A DNA stretch of 64,000 nucleotides. Source: Rhizobiaceae bacterium (GTDB lineage Bacteria; Pseudomonadota; Alphaproteobacteria; Rhizobiales; Rhizobiaceae). This document shows, one piece after another, positions 18,118 through 28,562 of this stretch. Both the position numbers and the translations under genes were made by a program. How positions within the stretch are numbered: the stretch's first letter is position 1; each line of letters begins with the position of its first letter. The notes beneath the pieces are model-generated. The model saw only the letters and a program-made list of their open reading frames with translations, searched no databases and was not told the origin of the DNA. The stretch is from contig JANQKQ010000067.1 in NCBI GenBank assembly GCA_028281105.1, forward strand, positions 3,200 to 67,199, in the 5' to 3' direction.

Positions 18118-19263
18118 GTGAAACGGCCTAATCGGCCAACAGGGGTATCGAATCGGACCATGCTTGATCCCGTCATCGCATTCTTCAAGAGCATTCTGGG
18201 CTGGCTCTGGCGCGGAATCGGCCGGCTGGTCGGCTGGGTGTTGTGGCCGTTCAGAACGTTTTCGAGCTGGCTGCGCGGGCGCGGCTGGTTCGTCAAGATT
18301 CCGGTTTTCGCCATTGTCGCCCTGCTGGTCGTCGGCTACGTCCATCTGTTGGCCATCACTCAGTTCTGGTCGACGGGCGATGCCGCCCAACTGGCTCAGC
18401 ACGACAACGCCAGCTCCGCCACTCCGGTCGGCGAGCGGTTGGAAAACGGCAGCTGCCAGCAATCGGCAATGATCACGGCGACGGCCGATCTGATCGAATT
18501 CAACGTCAATGAGGGTACCTGGGTCCCCTCGAACCCGCTGCACAAGGCCGGTTTCTTCTTCATCACCGACTGGAAAAACACGCCGTTCCTCGACAACCGG
18601 GCCGCCTTTCAGCTCGGCATCAACCAGACCGTGCGGCGCACGGCGGTAGAGCTCGTCGACCGGCTGGGCCGGGTGCGAGGCACCTCATCGATCAATCAGA
18701 ACCTGCAACATGCGCGCGAGGCGGCCAACTATCGCGAGGACGCCTGGGTCGTTACGTTCTCGTGGCCCTTCCTGCAGCCGTCAACGCCGAACAAACTGCG
18801 CGAGGCGAGGCGCGAATTGCTGGAGTTCAATACCGAACTGGCCAACTGCCAGGCCGATTTCGATGCGCGGGCCGACAATCTCCTGCAGTTTCTCGACCGC
18901 GTAACCGCCGATATCGGTTCGACATCGGAGATTCTGCAGCGGCGCATGGAGCAGGCGAATTTCACCGGCATCGACCGCCGCGCGGATGATCGATTCTGGT
19001 TCACTTACGGGCAGCTATACGGCTATTTCGCGATTCTCACCGCGGCGCGCAGCGATTTCGCCAATGTGTTCGAGCAGCGCAATCTGGACAATCTGTGGAC
19101 CCGGGTCGACGACCAATTGCGCGACGCGCTCGCCGTCCGGCCATTCATCGTCGTCAACGGCACCGCCTCCAGTATCATCAAGTCGCATCTGGAATCGATC
19201 GGCTTCGACCTGCTTCGCGTGCGCTCCAATCTGGTGGAAATGCGCGACGTGCTCGATCGCTGA
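18118..19263 (+). CDS. Single-pass membrane protein (possibly DUF2333-like), fifth gene of the AAA module
   Basis: Trp/Arg-rich amphipathic N-terminus, then one TM helix (FVKIPVFAIVALLVVGYVHLLAI), then a roughly 300-aa soluble domain. GTG 18118 or ATG 18160 as start. The DUF2333 assignment is from memory of the family and is unverified. Confidence 0.7.
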   Translation: MKRPNRPTGVSNRTMLDPVIAFFKSILGWLWRGIGRLVGWVLWPFRTFSSWLRGRGWFVKIPVFAIVALLVVGYVHLLAITQFWSTGDAAQLAQHDNASSATPVGERLENGSCQQSAMITATADLIEFNVNEGTWVPSNPLHKAGFFFITDWKNTPFLDNRAAFQLGINQTVRRTAVELVDRLGRVRGTSSINQNLQHAREAANYREDAWVVTFSWPFLQPSTPNKLREARRELLEFNTELANCQADFDARADNLLQFLDRVTADIGSTSEILQRRMEQANFTGIDRRADDRFWFTYGQLYGYFAILTAARSDFANVFEQRNLDNLWTRVDDQLRDALAVRPFIVVNGTASSIIKSHLESIGFDLLRVRSNLVEMRDVLDR

Positions 19264-19287
19264 CCACCAGGCGGGATCGAAGGCCTC

Positions 19288-20175
19288 TTGTCCACTCCCA
19301 TCTCGATCGCCTGGAAGAGCCTTGTTGTCGCCGTCGTTGTGCTTGCGCTCAAGGCACTGGCCGCCTGGTGGTCGGGGTCGGTGGCCCTGTTTTCCGACGC
19401 GGTTGAAAGCATAGTCAACGTCGCCACGGCCCTGGTCGTGCTGGCGGCAATCGTCTATGCGGCGCGCCCGGCCGACGCCGGTCATCCCTACGGCCATGAG
19501 AAGGCCGAATATTTTGTCGCAATGATCGAGGCCGTGCTGATCGGCGCGGCCGCATTCGCGATACTTTCGGAAGCGTGGCAGGCGCTGACTTCCGACCATG
19601 TGGTCGATGTGCCGGGCCATGCGGTTGCCGTGGCCGTCGTCGCCGCGGCCATCAACGGCATCTGGTCTTATGTTCTGATCGCCAGGGGGCGCGAATTGCG
19701 CTCGGCTGCCCTCACCGCAGACGGCTGGCACCTGTTCGCTGACGTGTTATCCACAGCTGGTGTTCTGGTCGGAGCGGTGCTCGCCAGCGTCACCGGCATC
19801 GTCATTCTAGACCCTCTTTTGGCGATCGCCGTGGCCCTGCACATCCTGTGGTCCGGCTGGCGCATATTGAAATCGTCCATCGACGGATTGATGGACAGTG
19901 CCCCGGATTCCCGGACTATCGAGCTAATCAGGACCGCGATCGCGAGCGAGGGAGGCGGCGCCATACAGGCGCATGACCTCAAAGCGCGGCAGGCGGGCCC
20001 GGTGACGTTCATCGAATTTCATCTGGTCGTGAACGGTGAAATAAGTGTGAGAGAAGCCCACGATATCTGCGACCGTATCGAGACGGCATTGACAGAGCGG
20101 CTGTCAAACAGTCAAATTACCATACACGTGGAACCCGAGACCAAAAGCAAGAGTCGGGACTCCATTGCGATATGA
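19288..20175 (+). CDS. Cation diffusion facilitator (CDF) family metal efflux transporter
   Basis: LKALAAWWSGSVALFSDAVESIVNV ... HPYGHEKAEY ... ADGWHLFADVLS are CDF TM2/TM5 metal-site motifs, with a C-terminal cytoplasmic domain. TTG start. Confidence 0.85.
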   Translation: MSTPISIAWKSLVVAVVVLALKALAAWWSGSVALFSDAVESIVNVATALVVLAAIVYAARPADAGHPYGHEKAEYFVAMIEAVLIGAAAFAILSEAWQALTSDHVVDVPGHAVAVAVVAAAINGIWSYVLIARGRELRSAALTADGWHLFADVLSTAGVLVGAVLASVTGIVILDPLLAIAVALHILWSGWRILKSSIDGLMDSAPDSRTIELIRTAIASEGGGAIQAHDLKARQAGPVTFIEFHLVVNGEISVREAHDICDRIETALTERLSNSQITIHVEPETKSKSRDSIAI

Positions 20176-20384
20176 CTGCGGCAAAAAAAATATCCACTTT
20201 CGTGAAACCGAACGCTGATAACAGTAAATTGATATTGCGCGATTTTTCGATTGATGGTAATAAAAGTGTCGTATCTTACTTTAAGTATTTAATAGTAAAT
20301 CAATTACAACCTTTAGTAGACACTAAGTTTAATTTAGCGGCGGCAAGCCGTTACATGAGGCACGACGTGCTGATCCCCTGCTAA
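20172..20384 (+). CDS. Candidate small protein (70 aa) encoded in an AT-rich patch, ATGA-coupled to the CDF gene
   Basis: The only frame left open across a roughly 28% GC stretch; the other two forward frames hit stops within about 15 codons. The start overlaps the CDF stop (ATGA). No homolog recognised. Confidence 0.35.
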   Translation: MTAAKKISTFVKPNADNSKLILRDFSIDGNKSVVSYFKYLIVNQLQPLVDTKFNLAAASRYMRHDVLIPC

Positions 20385-20526
20385 CTTCTCAGCACGCGTG
20401 TACCTGTCTGCGGACAGGTAATAAACGGAAGATCCGGCCCAATCCGCCCGGGTCGGATCTTCCAACCCCACCCATCGATGGCATCGGCGCGCCAGCCGGG
20501 CCGGCTCGCGTTTGGCAGCGTTTTTT

Positions 20527-20555
20527 CTTGCCTGCCGGGTCCGCTCGCGCTAGGT
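20527..20555 (+). promoter_or_regulatory. Candidate sigma-70 promoter of the trp leader
   Basis: CTTGCC-N17-CTAGGT compared with the rhizobial consensus CTTGAC-N17-CTATAT. It would place the transcription start a few nt before the leader ATG. Confidence 0.3.
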
Positions 20556-20562
20556 GTCGGGC

Positions 20563-20607
20563 ATGAGCAAGTTGCACATGCAAGAATCATGGTGGCGGGG
20601 CTGCTGA
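20563..20607 (+). CDS. trpL: trp leader peptide (14 codons, tandem Trp codons)
   Basis: atg agc aag ttg cac atg caa gaa tca TGG TGG cgg ggc tgc tga = [14 protein letters not shown]. Upstream of trpE(G), the arrangement described for Sinorhizobium meliloti. Confidence 0.7.
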   Translation: MSKLHMQESWWRGC

Positions 20608-20645
20608 CGGCGGTCGCTGGCATCATTCGTGCACTTATCCACAGA

Positions 20646-20678
20646 CCGCCGGAGCGTTTCTCCAGGCGGTTTTTCTTT
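20646..20678 (+). terminator. trpE(G) attenuator (intrinsic terminator)
   Basis: CCGCCGGAG-cgttt-CTCC(a)GGCGG forms 9 bp with one bulge, followed by TTTTTCTTT. The 5' arm can instead pair with 20608-20615 as an antiterminator. Confidence 0.75.
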
Positions 20679-20731
20679 GCCGTAGGGACGAGACGCACCG
20701 TTCCGGCAACTCGACGAGCGAGCAAACGGCA

Positions 20732-22906
20732 ATGACTTCCGAAACCATCGAGTATCGAACCGCGGGCGGTGTCACGGTGTCCAGGCGCAGCGAAACCGTG
20801 GACTATGGCAGCGCCATCGATACCGTGCTCGGCGACCTGGACGAGCGGCGCGGGGCGGTTTTTTCGTCCAACTACGAATATCCGGGCCGCTACACCCGAT
20901 GGGATACGGCCACCGTCGATCCACCACTCGGTATCGAAGCAAGGGGCCGCACCGCGACGGTCCGCGCCTATAACGCGCGCGGGCGCGCGCTGTTGACCGC
21001 AATAGCCGACCATCTGCGCGCACACGACCATGTCGCCGACTGCGTGCTGGCCGATGATTCGGTTTCATTGAGCGTCAAGCAGCCGGGCGCCATCGTCGCG
21101 GAGGAGGAGCGCTCGCGGGCGCCGACGGTGTTTTCGGTGGTGCGGGCGTTCACGCAGCTGTTCGCCAGCGACCGCGACGACAATATCGGCCTTTACGGCG
21201 CTTTCGGCTACGACCTCGCATTCCAGTTCGACGCCGTCGACATGCGCATGGAGCGGCCGGTCGACCAGCGCGACCTGGTTCTCTACCTGCCCGACAAGAT
21301 CCTGGTCGTCGATCACCACCGGGCGATCGCCTGGTATGACTATTACGAGTTCACCATCGACGGGGCGACCACCGAAGGCATCGAGCGCGAGGCCGTGGCG
21401 GCTCCCTTCCAGCCGACGGATCGGGTGCCGCCGCGTGGCGATCACGAGCCCGGCGAATATGCCCGCTGTGTCGAGAAAGCGAAGGAGAAGTTCCGCCGCG
21501 GCGATCTGTTCGAGGTGGTGCCCGGCCAGACCTTCTTCGAGCGGTGCACCACGCAGCCGTCGCAGATCTCGCGCAAGCTCAAGGCGATCAATCCGTCGCC
21601 CTACTCCTTCTTCATCAATCTCGGCGACAACGAGTTTCTGATCGGCGCATCTCCGGAGATGTTCGTGCGTGTGTCGGGCCGACGCATCGAGACCTGTCCG
21701 ATCTCCGGCACCATAAGCCGCGGGCGGGATGCGATCGAGGACTCCCAGCAGATCCTGAAGCTGCTGAATTCGCGTAAGGACGAATCGGAGCTGACCATGT
21801 GTTCCGACGTCGATCGCAACGACAAGTCGCGGGTATGCGAACCCGGATCGGTCCGCGTGATCGGCCGGCGCCAGATCGAGATGTACTCGAAGTTGATCCA
21901 CACGGTCGACCACATCGAGGGCCGGCTGCGCGAGGACATGGACGCGTTCGACGGCTTTTTGTCGCATGCGTGGGCGGTCACGGTCACCGGCGCACCGAAG
22001 CTGTGGGCGATGCGCTATATCGAGGAAAACGAGAAGTCGCCGCGCTCGTGGTATGGCGGCGCCATCGGCATGGTGCATTTCAACGGGGACATGAACACCG
22101 GGCTGACGCTGCGCACAGTGCGGGTCAAGGATGGGATCGCGCAGGTGCGCGCCGGCGCCACCCTGTTGTACGATTCCGATCCGGAAGAAGAAGAGCGCGA
22201 GACCGAGCTCAAGGCGTCGGCCATGCTTGCGGCCGTGCGTGAGGCCGGCCGCTCGAACGCCACCACCGGAGCACGCACCGCAGCAACGGTGGGGCACGGC
22301 ACTGCCATATTGCTGGTCGACCACGAAGATTCGTTCGTGCACACGCTCGCCAACTATTTCCGCCAGACCGGCGCGGCGGTGACCACGGTGCGCAGTCCGG
22401 TGGACGAAGCCACGTTCGACCGGATCAAACCGGATCTGGTGGTGCTGTCGCCGGGGCCGGGCAATCCGGACGATTTCGATTGCATGGCGACGATTGCGCG
22501 CGCGCGCGAACGCGATCTTGCCATCTTCGGCGTATGCCTGGGCCTGCAGGCGATTGTCCAGGCTTTCGGCGGCAGGCTCAAACAGCTTGACGAACCGATG
22601 CACGGCAAGCCGTCGCGAGTGCGGATCACCGGGTCCGGCCGGCTGTTCTCCGGCCTTTCGGAGCAGGTCACCGTCGGCCGCTATCATTCGCTTCACGCCA
22701 ATCCGGACCATCTGCCCGGCGAGCTGCGCGTCACCGCGCGCTCCGACGACGATGTGATCATGGCGATCGAACACGCAAGCGAGCCGGTCGCCGCGGTGCA
22801 GTTCCATCCCGAATCGATCATGTCGCTGGGCGGCGAATCGGGCATGCGTATCATCGAAAATGTGGTTGCCCTGCTGGCAGGAAAGAAACGTCCGTCGGCA
22901 GCGTGA
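20732..22906 (+). CDS. trpE: Anthranilate synthase, fused components I and II, TrpE(G)
   Basis: 724 aa. TrpE chorismate-binding core (…[27 protein letters not shown]…GGAIGMV…) fused to a glutamine amidotransferase domain (…[11 protein letters not shown]…QFHPES…). Confidence 0.95.
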   Translation: MTSETIEYRTAGGVTVSRRSETVDYGSAIDTVLGDLDERRGAVFSSNYEYPGRYTRWDTATVDPPLGIEARGRTATVRAYNARGRALLTAIADHLRAHDHVADCVLADDSVSLSVKQPGAIVAEEERSRAPTVFSVVRAFTQLFASDRDDNIGLYGAFGYDLAFQFDAVDMRMERPVDQRDLVLYLPDKILVVDHHRAIAWYDYYEFTIDGATTEGIEREAVAAPFQPTDRVPPRGDHEPGEYARCVEKAKEKFRRGDLFEVVPGQTFFERCTTQPSQISRKLKAINPSPYSFFINLGDNEFLIGASPEMFVRVSGRRIETCPISGTISRGRDAIEDSQQILKLLNSRKDESELTMCSDVDRNDKSRVCEPGSVRVIGRRQIEMYSKLIHTVDHIEGRLREDMDAFDGFLSHAWAVTVTGAPKLWAMRYIEENEKSPRSWYGGAIGMVHFNGDMNTGLTLRTVRVKDGIAQVRAGATLLYDSDPEEEERETELKASAMLAAVREAGRSNATTGARTAATVGHGTAILLVDHEDSFVHTLANYFRQTGAAVTTVRSPVDEATFDRIKPDLVVLSPGPGNPDDFDCMATIARARERDLAIFGVCLGLQAIVQAFGGRLKQLDEPMHGKPSRVRITGSGRLFSGLSEQVTVGRYHSLHANPDHLPGELRVTARSDDDVIMAIEHASEPVAAVQFHPESIMSLGGESGMRIIENVVALLAGKKRPSAA

Positions 22907-23048
22907 GCGTCAGCCCCTGTCAGCAGCCGGCGAGCCGCAATCCGCCGGGGGCTTGCATCGCCAGCGGGCTTCGCCTAGATAATTAACTGGATTGTTAATC
23001 AACAAATCCGCAGTAAAACCAGTTCTCCAAGGCGGGAAAGGAAGATCG

Positions 23049-23363
23049 ATGGCGAAGTTCGCATTTGTGTATCACGGCGGCAAAGCCCCCGAAGGCGAGG
23101 AAGAGCAGGCCAAGGTAATGGCCGCCTGGGGCGCCTGGATGCAGGGCATGGGCGCCTCGTTGGTCGAGGGCGGCAACCCGTTCGGGCCGTCCAAAACGGT
23201 CAATGCCGACGGATCGGTCGCCGATGGCGGCGGCGCCAACCCGGCTTCCGGTTATTCCATGATCGAGGCAGCGGACATCGACGAAGCCGTCGCCCACGCC
23301 AAGGGATGCCCCATCCTGGTCGATGGAGGCAGCGTCGAGGTTTGCGAAGCCTTCGACATGTGA
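23049..23363 (+). CDS. YCII-related-domain-like small protein (104 aa)
   Basis: MAKFAFVYHGGKAPEGEEEQAKVMAAWGAWM...GYSMIEAADIDEAVAHAKGCPIL...VEVCE. GGAAAGGAAG precedes ATG 23049. The family call is tentative. Confidence 0.65.
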   Translation: MAKFAFVYHGGKAPEGEEEQAKVMAAWGAWMQGMGASLVEGGNPFGPSKTVNADGSVADGGGANPASGYSMIEAADIDEAVAHAKGCPILVDGGSVEVCEAFDM

Positions 23364-23394
23364 GCCGCGCACGATCACTCTCCAACCGCGCCAT

Positions 23395-23425
23395 GAAACC
23401 GGTCGATGTTCAATCGGCCGGTTTC
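23395..23425 (+). terminator. Hairpin terminator candidate after the YCII-like gene
   Basis: GAAACCGG-t-CGAT-gttca-ATCG-g-CCGGTTTC, followed by GTGTGTTG. Confidence 0.45.
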
Positions 23426-23529
23426 GTGTGTTGATCGATCGGTCACGTTCGTCGTAAAGACCCGCATTCGCTGCAAGGGCAAAACGCCGTGCGCCTGCCG
23501 CCGGCTACGGCCTGTCATTGGGGCATTTC

Positions 23530-24681
23530 ATGCGGGCATCGGTGCTTATTTCCGCGATCATGGCGGTGCTGGTGGGTTTCGGCGGCTCGGTGGCGGTGGT
23601 GCTGGCCGCCGCCCAGGCGGTCGGCGCGAGCGCCGAGCAGACGTCATCCTGGATCGCCATGCTGTGCGTGGCGATGGCCGCGACCACGGCGTTCCTGTCG
23701 ATCCGCCACCGGTTGCCGATCGTCACCGCCTGGTCGACGCCGGGCGCGGCGCTGATCGCCACCACATCCGGCATTGCGATCGAAGCGGCGGTCGGCGCGT
23801 TTGTCCTCGCAGCGGTCCTTGTCCTGGCAACGGCGGCGTTTCGTCCGCTTGGCAGGCTGATCGAGGCCATCCCCACCTCCATCGCCTCGGCGATGTTGGC
23901 CGGGGTATTGTTCGGCTTCGTGGTAGCGATTTTCGACCATCTGGCGAGCGCGCCGGCCCTGGTCTTGCCGATGGTCGTCGCCTTCATCGTCCTGCGGCTC
24001 TATTCGCCCGCCTGGGCCACCCTGGCGGTGCTTGTGGGCGGCATCACACTGGCGATCGGCCTCGGCATGGCCGATCCGATCGAGGGTCTACGCCTTTCGA
24101 GCTTCGTGTGGATCGCGCCCGCCTTCGACCCTGCCGTGCTGATCGGCCTGGGCGTGCCGCTCTATCTGGTCACCATGGCGTCGCAGAACCTGCCCGGCTT
24201 TGCGGTGCTGCGCGCGGCCGACTATCCCGTACCGTCGCGCTCGATCCTGACGGTGACCGGGCTGGCGTCGCTGGTAAGCGCGTTCGCGGGCGCGCATACG
24301 AGCAACGCGGCGGCGATCACCGCCGCCATCTGCACCGGACCCGACGCCCATCCCGACAAGGACAAGCGCTGGCTCACCGGCCCGGTCTACGCGGCGGGCT
24401 ACGCGGTTCTGGCGCTGTTCGGCGCTTCGGTGGTGGCGGCGTTCGCTTCGTTTCCCACTGCGCTGATCGTCACCGTGGCCGGCATCGCGTTGACGGGCCC
24501 GTTAGTCGGCGCCCTGGGGACCGCCCTGGCCCAGGAGCGTGAGCGGTTCGCCGCGGTTGTGACATTCGTGGTGACCGCGTCGGGCTTTGCCGCTTACGGC
24601 ATCGGCGCGGCCTTCTGGGGACTCATCGCCGGGCTTGCGGTGTTCGCGCTTGACCGCATAGCAAAGGCCGTCGGGGGTTAG
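23530..24681 (+). CDS. benE: Benzoate/H+ symporter family (BenE) membrane transporter
   Basis: Polytopic membrane protein. MRASVLISAIMAVLVGFGGSVAVVLAAAQAVGAS...TAWSTPGAALI is typical of BenE. ATG 23530 within ORF 23518..24681. Confidence 0.8.
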   Translation: MRASVLISAIMAVLVGFGGSVAVVLAAAQAVGASAEQTSSWIAMLCVAMAATTAFLSIRHRLPIVTAWSTPGAALIATTSGIAIEAAVGAFVLAAVLVLATAAFRPLGRLIEAIPTSIASAMLAGVLFGFVVAIFDHLASAPALVLPMVVAFIVLRLYSPAWATLAVLVGGITLAIGLGMADPIEGLRLSSFVWIAPAFDPAVLIGLGVPLYLVTMASQNLPGFAVLRAADYPVPSRSILTVTGLASLVSAFAGAHTSNAAAITAAICTGPDAHPDKDKRWLTGPVYAAGYAVLALFGASVVAAFASFPTALIVTVAGIALTGPLVGALGTALAQERERFAAVVTFVVTASGFAAYGIGAAFWGLIAGLAVFALDRIAKAVGG

Positions 24682-24695
24682 CGCTTGGCAAACGG

Positions 24696-25349
24696 TCAGC
24701 CGGGCTCGTATTTCACGACGAGGTCGGCCGGCAGGGAGCGGGCGTTGACGATATCGGCGTTGGCCATGTCGTTGGCGCGAGCCCGGTTTTTCGCTGCCTT
24801 GGGCGACAGGCCGTGGTCGAGCCAGCGCCGGACCAGGCGGTTTTCCAGCTCCGCGTTGGGAACGGCAAGAAAGACCGACCAGTCGACCAGCGCCGCGAGA
24901 TCCCGCCATGCCGGCTCGTCAAGCAGCAAGTAGTTGCCTTCCACCAGGATTATCTGACGGTCTGCCGGCACGACCGCCGCGGCCGCGCGGGCGAGATCGG
25001 CGGTTCGGTCGAAAACGGGAACCGCCACCGCCACCCGGGCAGCCGCGATGCGTCGCAGATCGGCCAGAAGGCCTTCGACATCGAAGGTCTCCGGCGCACC
25101 CTTTCGCTCCAACAGTCCACGCTCGATAAGCACCCGGTTGTCGTAGTGGTAGCCGTCCATGCCGACGAGTACCGCGCGTGGCTCTTTCCTGTTCAGCTCA
25201 TCGACGAGACGGCCGGCCCAGGTGGACTTGCCCGCGCCGGGCGGTCCGGCGATGGCGACCACAAACCGGGCATGGCCTGTCGCGAGACCCGCAATATGTT
25301 CGGCAAGTCGTAGCGGCGTCCAGCTCTCGGCGGTCATGCGGTGATGCAA
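24696..25349 (-). CDS. frcK: P-loop nucleoside/sugar kinase-like protein (FrcK-like)
   Basis: Walker A GPPGAGKST, then GMDGYHYDN. Last gene of a frcB-C-A-K order matching the S. meliloti fructose uptake operon. Confidence 0.7.
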   Translation of the reverse strand: MHHRMTAESWTPLRLAEHIAGLATGHARFVVAIAGPPGAGKSTWAGRLVDELNRKEPRAVLVGMDGYHYDNRVLIERGLLERKGAPETFDVEGLLADLRRIAAARVAVAVPVFDRTADLARAAAAVVPADRQIILVEGNYLLLDEPAWRDLAALVDWSVFLAVPNAELENRLVRRWLDHGLSPKAAKNRARANDMANADIVNARSLPADLVVKYEPG

Positions 25350-25355
25350 TCGCGA

Positions 25356-26137
<782 letters not shown>

Positions 26138-26141
<4 letters not shown>

Positions 26142-27217
26142 GCGGCGACCTTCCTGATCCACTGATCGATGCCGACGGCGAGGATAATGAGCCAGCCGAT
26201 GGCGAACACCTGCCACAGCACATCGACGCCGGCGAGCCGCAGGCCGGACTGGAACACGCCGACGATGAGCGCGCCAATCAGCGGCCCCATGATGGAGCCA
26301 CGCCCGCCGAACAGGGAGATGCCGCCGATCACCACGGCGGTGATCGACTGCAGATTGCCCTCGTAGAAGCTCTGGGGCGAGACCGAGCCCACCCGGCCGA
26401 TCGACGCCCACGCGCCGACGGCGCACACAAGGCCGGCCAGGCCATAGACCTGCACCAGGGTGCGGTCGGTGCGAATGCCGGAAAGCTCGGCCGCCTCCTT
26501 GTCGTCACCGATGGCATAGACATGGCGGCCCCAGGCGGTGTGGTTGAGCAGATACCACAGCACGACGAAGACGATCACCGTCAGGATCACGCCATAGGTA
26601 AGCTGGGCGTTGCCGATCGATATGTTGGTGCCGAACAGTTTGAGCAGCGGCGCCTGAGCATCGATGTCCTGGCTGCGGATCGACTGGGCGCCGGAGAGCC
26701 ACAGATTGAGCGCGAAGAAGATGTTCCAGGTGCCCAGCGTGACGATGAAGGGCGGTAGCTTCAGGCGGGTCACCAACCAGCCGTTCACCATGCCCGCCGC
26801 CGTGCCGCCGGCGAAACCGATCACAATCGCAATGGGAGCCGGCACGCCGAAATTGACCGCCAGATTGCCCATGATCACCGACATCAGCACCATGATCGCG
26901 GCGACCGACAGATCGATGCCGGCGGTCAGGATGACCAGGCTTTGGGCGGCCGCCAGGATGCCGATGATGGAGACCTGTTGCATGATCAGCGACAGGTTGA
27001 ACGGCGAGAAGAAGCGCCCGCCGGCGATGAAGCCGAAGGCGATGACCGAGGCCACCAGCACGATGACCGGGACCATGGTCGGATAGGAGTGCAGAAACTG
27101 CTGCACCCGCTCGAGCGTGGTCTTGGGATGGGTATCGAAGGCGGCGAGCGACTGATCGGAATCGGCCAGCACCGCATCGAACTCGCGGCCCTTGTCGGCC
27201 GTCTTGGCTTTGTTCAT
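26138..27217 (-). CDS. frcC: Sugar ABC transporter permease
   Basis: Polytopic membrane protein of the ribose/fructose-type permease family. Start ATG 27217 (MNKAKTADKG) behind GGGGAGGG. Confidence 0.85.
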
Positions 27218-27338
27218 CGGCAGCCCTCCCCAACTGCTCGAAACGTCTTGCGGCAAGGTGAAAGTTAATTCGTAGCGCGGATGAAAGTCAAAGCGGCCGT
27301 TGGGCCGATCGGATTCTCACCGCGGTGACAAAGAATGG

Positions 27339-27363
27339 GCGGGGCCGGACAAGCCGGCCCCGC
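27339..27363 (-). terminator. Intercistronic hairpin after frcB (attenuator/stabiliser)
   Basis: 10-bp GC stem (GCGGGGCCGG / CCGGCCCCGC) with a 5-nt loop, followed on the gene strand by CCATTCTTTGT. Confidence 0.45.
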
Positions 27364-27386
27364 ACCGCGGTCATTGCCTTAACGGG

Positions 27387-28418
27387 CTATCCCCAGCACT
27401 TACCCAGGCCTTCCTCGGAGGAAATCGACTCGATGCCGTCGGCCGGCTGGTCGGTGATGAGCTCCACGCCGGTGTTGAAGAAGTCGAGGCCGGGCGTGTT
27501 CTCAGGCTTGGCGCCAGATTCGGCCCACGCCTTGATCGCCTCGATGCCGAGCGAGGCCATCAGCAGCGGGAACTGCATCGAGGTGGCGCCGATGATGCCT
27601 TCGGAGACGTTCTGGACGCCGGGGCAACCGCCGTCGACAGAGACGATCAATACACCGTCGGCCTTGCCGGCGGCTTTCAACGCCTCGTAGGCGCCGGCCG
27701 CGGCGGGCTCGTTGATCGTGTAGACCACGTTGACGCCGGGATCCTTCTGCAGAAGGTTTTCCATCGCCGTGCGGCCGCCTTCCTCATTGCCGTTGGTCAC
27801 GTCGTTGCCGACGATGCGCGGGTCGTCTTCGTCACCGATGTCGGTGGGGTCCTTGATGTCGATGCCGAAGCCCTTCAGGAACCCGTTGTTGCGCAGATAA
27901 TCGACCGAGATCTCCGAGGCGTTGAGATCGAGCAGTGCGATCTTGGCGTTCGCCGCATCCGCGCCGAGCTTGGCGGCGGCCCACTGGCCGATCAGCTCAC
28001 CGGCCTTGAAGTTGTCGGTGGCGAAGGTGGCGTCAGCGGTGTCGGCGGGCTCGAACGGCGTGTCGAGCGCGATCACCAGCAGGCCGGCGTCGCGGGCCTT
28101 GGTGACGATCGGGGCGAGCGCGCGCGAATCCGACGGGGTGATCAGGATGCCCTTGGCGCCCGATGCGATGCAGGTCTCCACTGCCGCCACCTGGGTCTCC
28201 ACGTCGCCGTCGATCTTGCCGGCGAAGGTCTGCAGATCGATGCCGTTGGCTTCGGCCCCCTGCAGCGCGCCTTCCTTCATCTTGACGAAGAACGGGTTGG
28301 TGTCGGTCTTGGTGATGAGACACGCGCCGATGTTCTGTGCGGCGGCGGGGGTGGCCGCGACGGCGGTCAAGGCAGCCGCGGCGAGCAAGGTGGATTTCAG
28401 CTTGGATAGTTTTGTCAC
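27387..28418 (-). CDS. frcB: Periplasmic sugar-binding protein of the ABC transporter
   Basis: GTG 28418 behind GGGAGGA. Signal peptide [27 protein letters not shown]. Ribose/fructose-type periplasmic binding protein fold motifs. Confidence 0.85.
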   Translation of the reverse strand: MTKLSKLKSTLLAAAALTAVAATPAAAQNIGACLITKTDTNPFFVKMKEGALQGAEANGIDLQTFAGKIDGDVETQVAAVETCIASGAKGILITPSDSRALAPIVTKARDAGLLVIALDTPFEPADTADATFATDNFKAGELIGQWAAAKLGADAANAKIALLDLNASEISVDYLRNNGFLKGFGIDIKDPTDIGDEDDPRIVGNDVTNGNEEGGRTAMENLLQKDPGVNVVYTINEPAAAGAYEALKAAGKADGVLIVSVDGGCPGVQNVSEGIIGATSMQFPLLMASLGIEAIKAWAESGAKPENTPGLDFFNTGVELITDQPADGIESISSEEGLGKCWG

Positions 28419-28562
28419 GATGGTCCTCCCAGAGTTCGTTACAAGCGAGGCAGGCCATCGGCCAGCTGTGGCCTGCCATCTTGCAAAAGTCCGCGCCAAT
28501 CCGGCCATCGGCCGGTTGCCGCCGTGACTTTATGGCTTCCAGCCAACACGAATTCACACAGG

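Noticed and set aside
22907-22975. Nested GC-rich imperfect hairpin after trpE(G), as a terminator
   Set aside because: Large loops, several mismatches and no T-run. It cannot be distinguished from background GC-rich self-complementarity.
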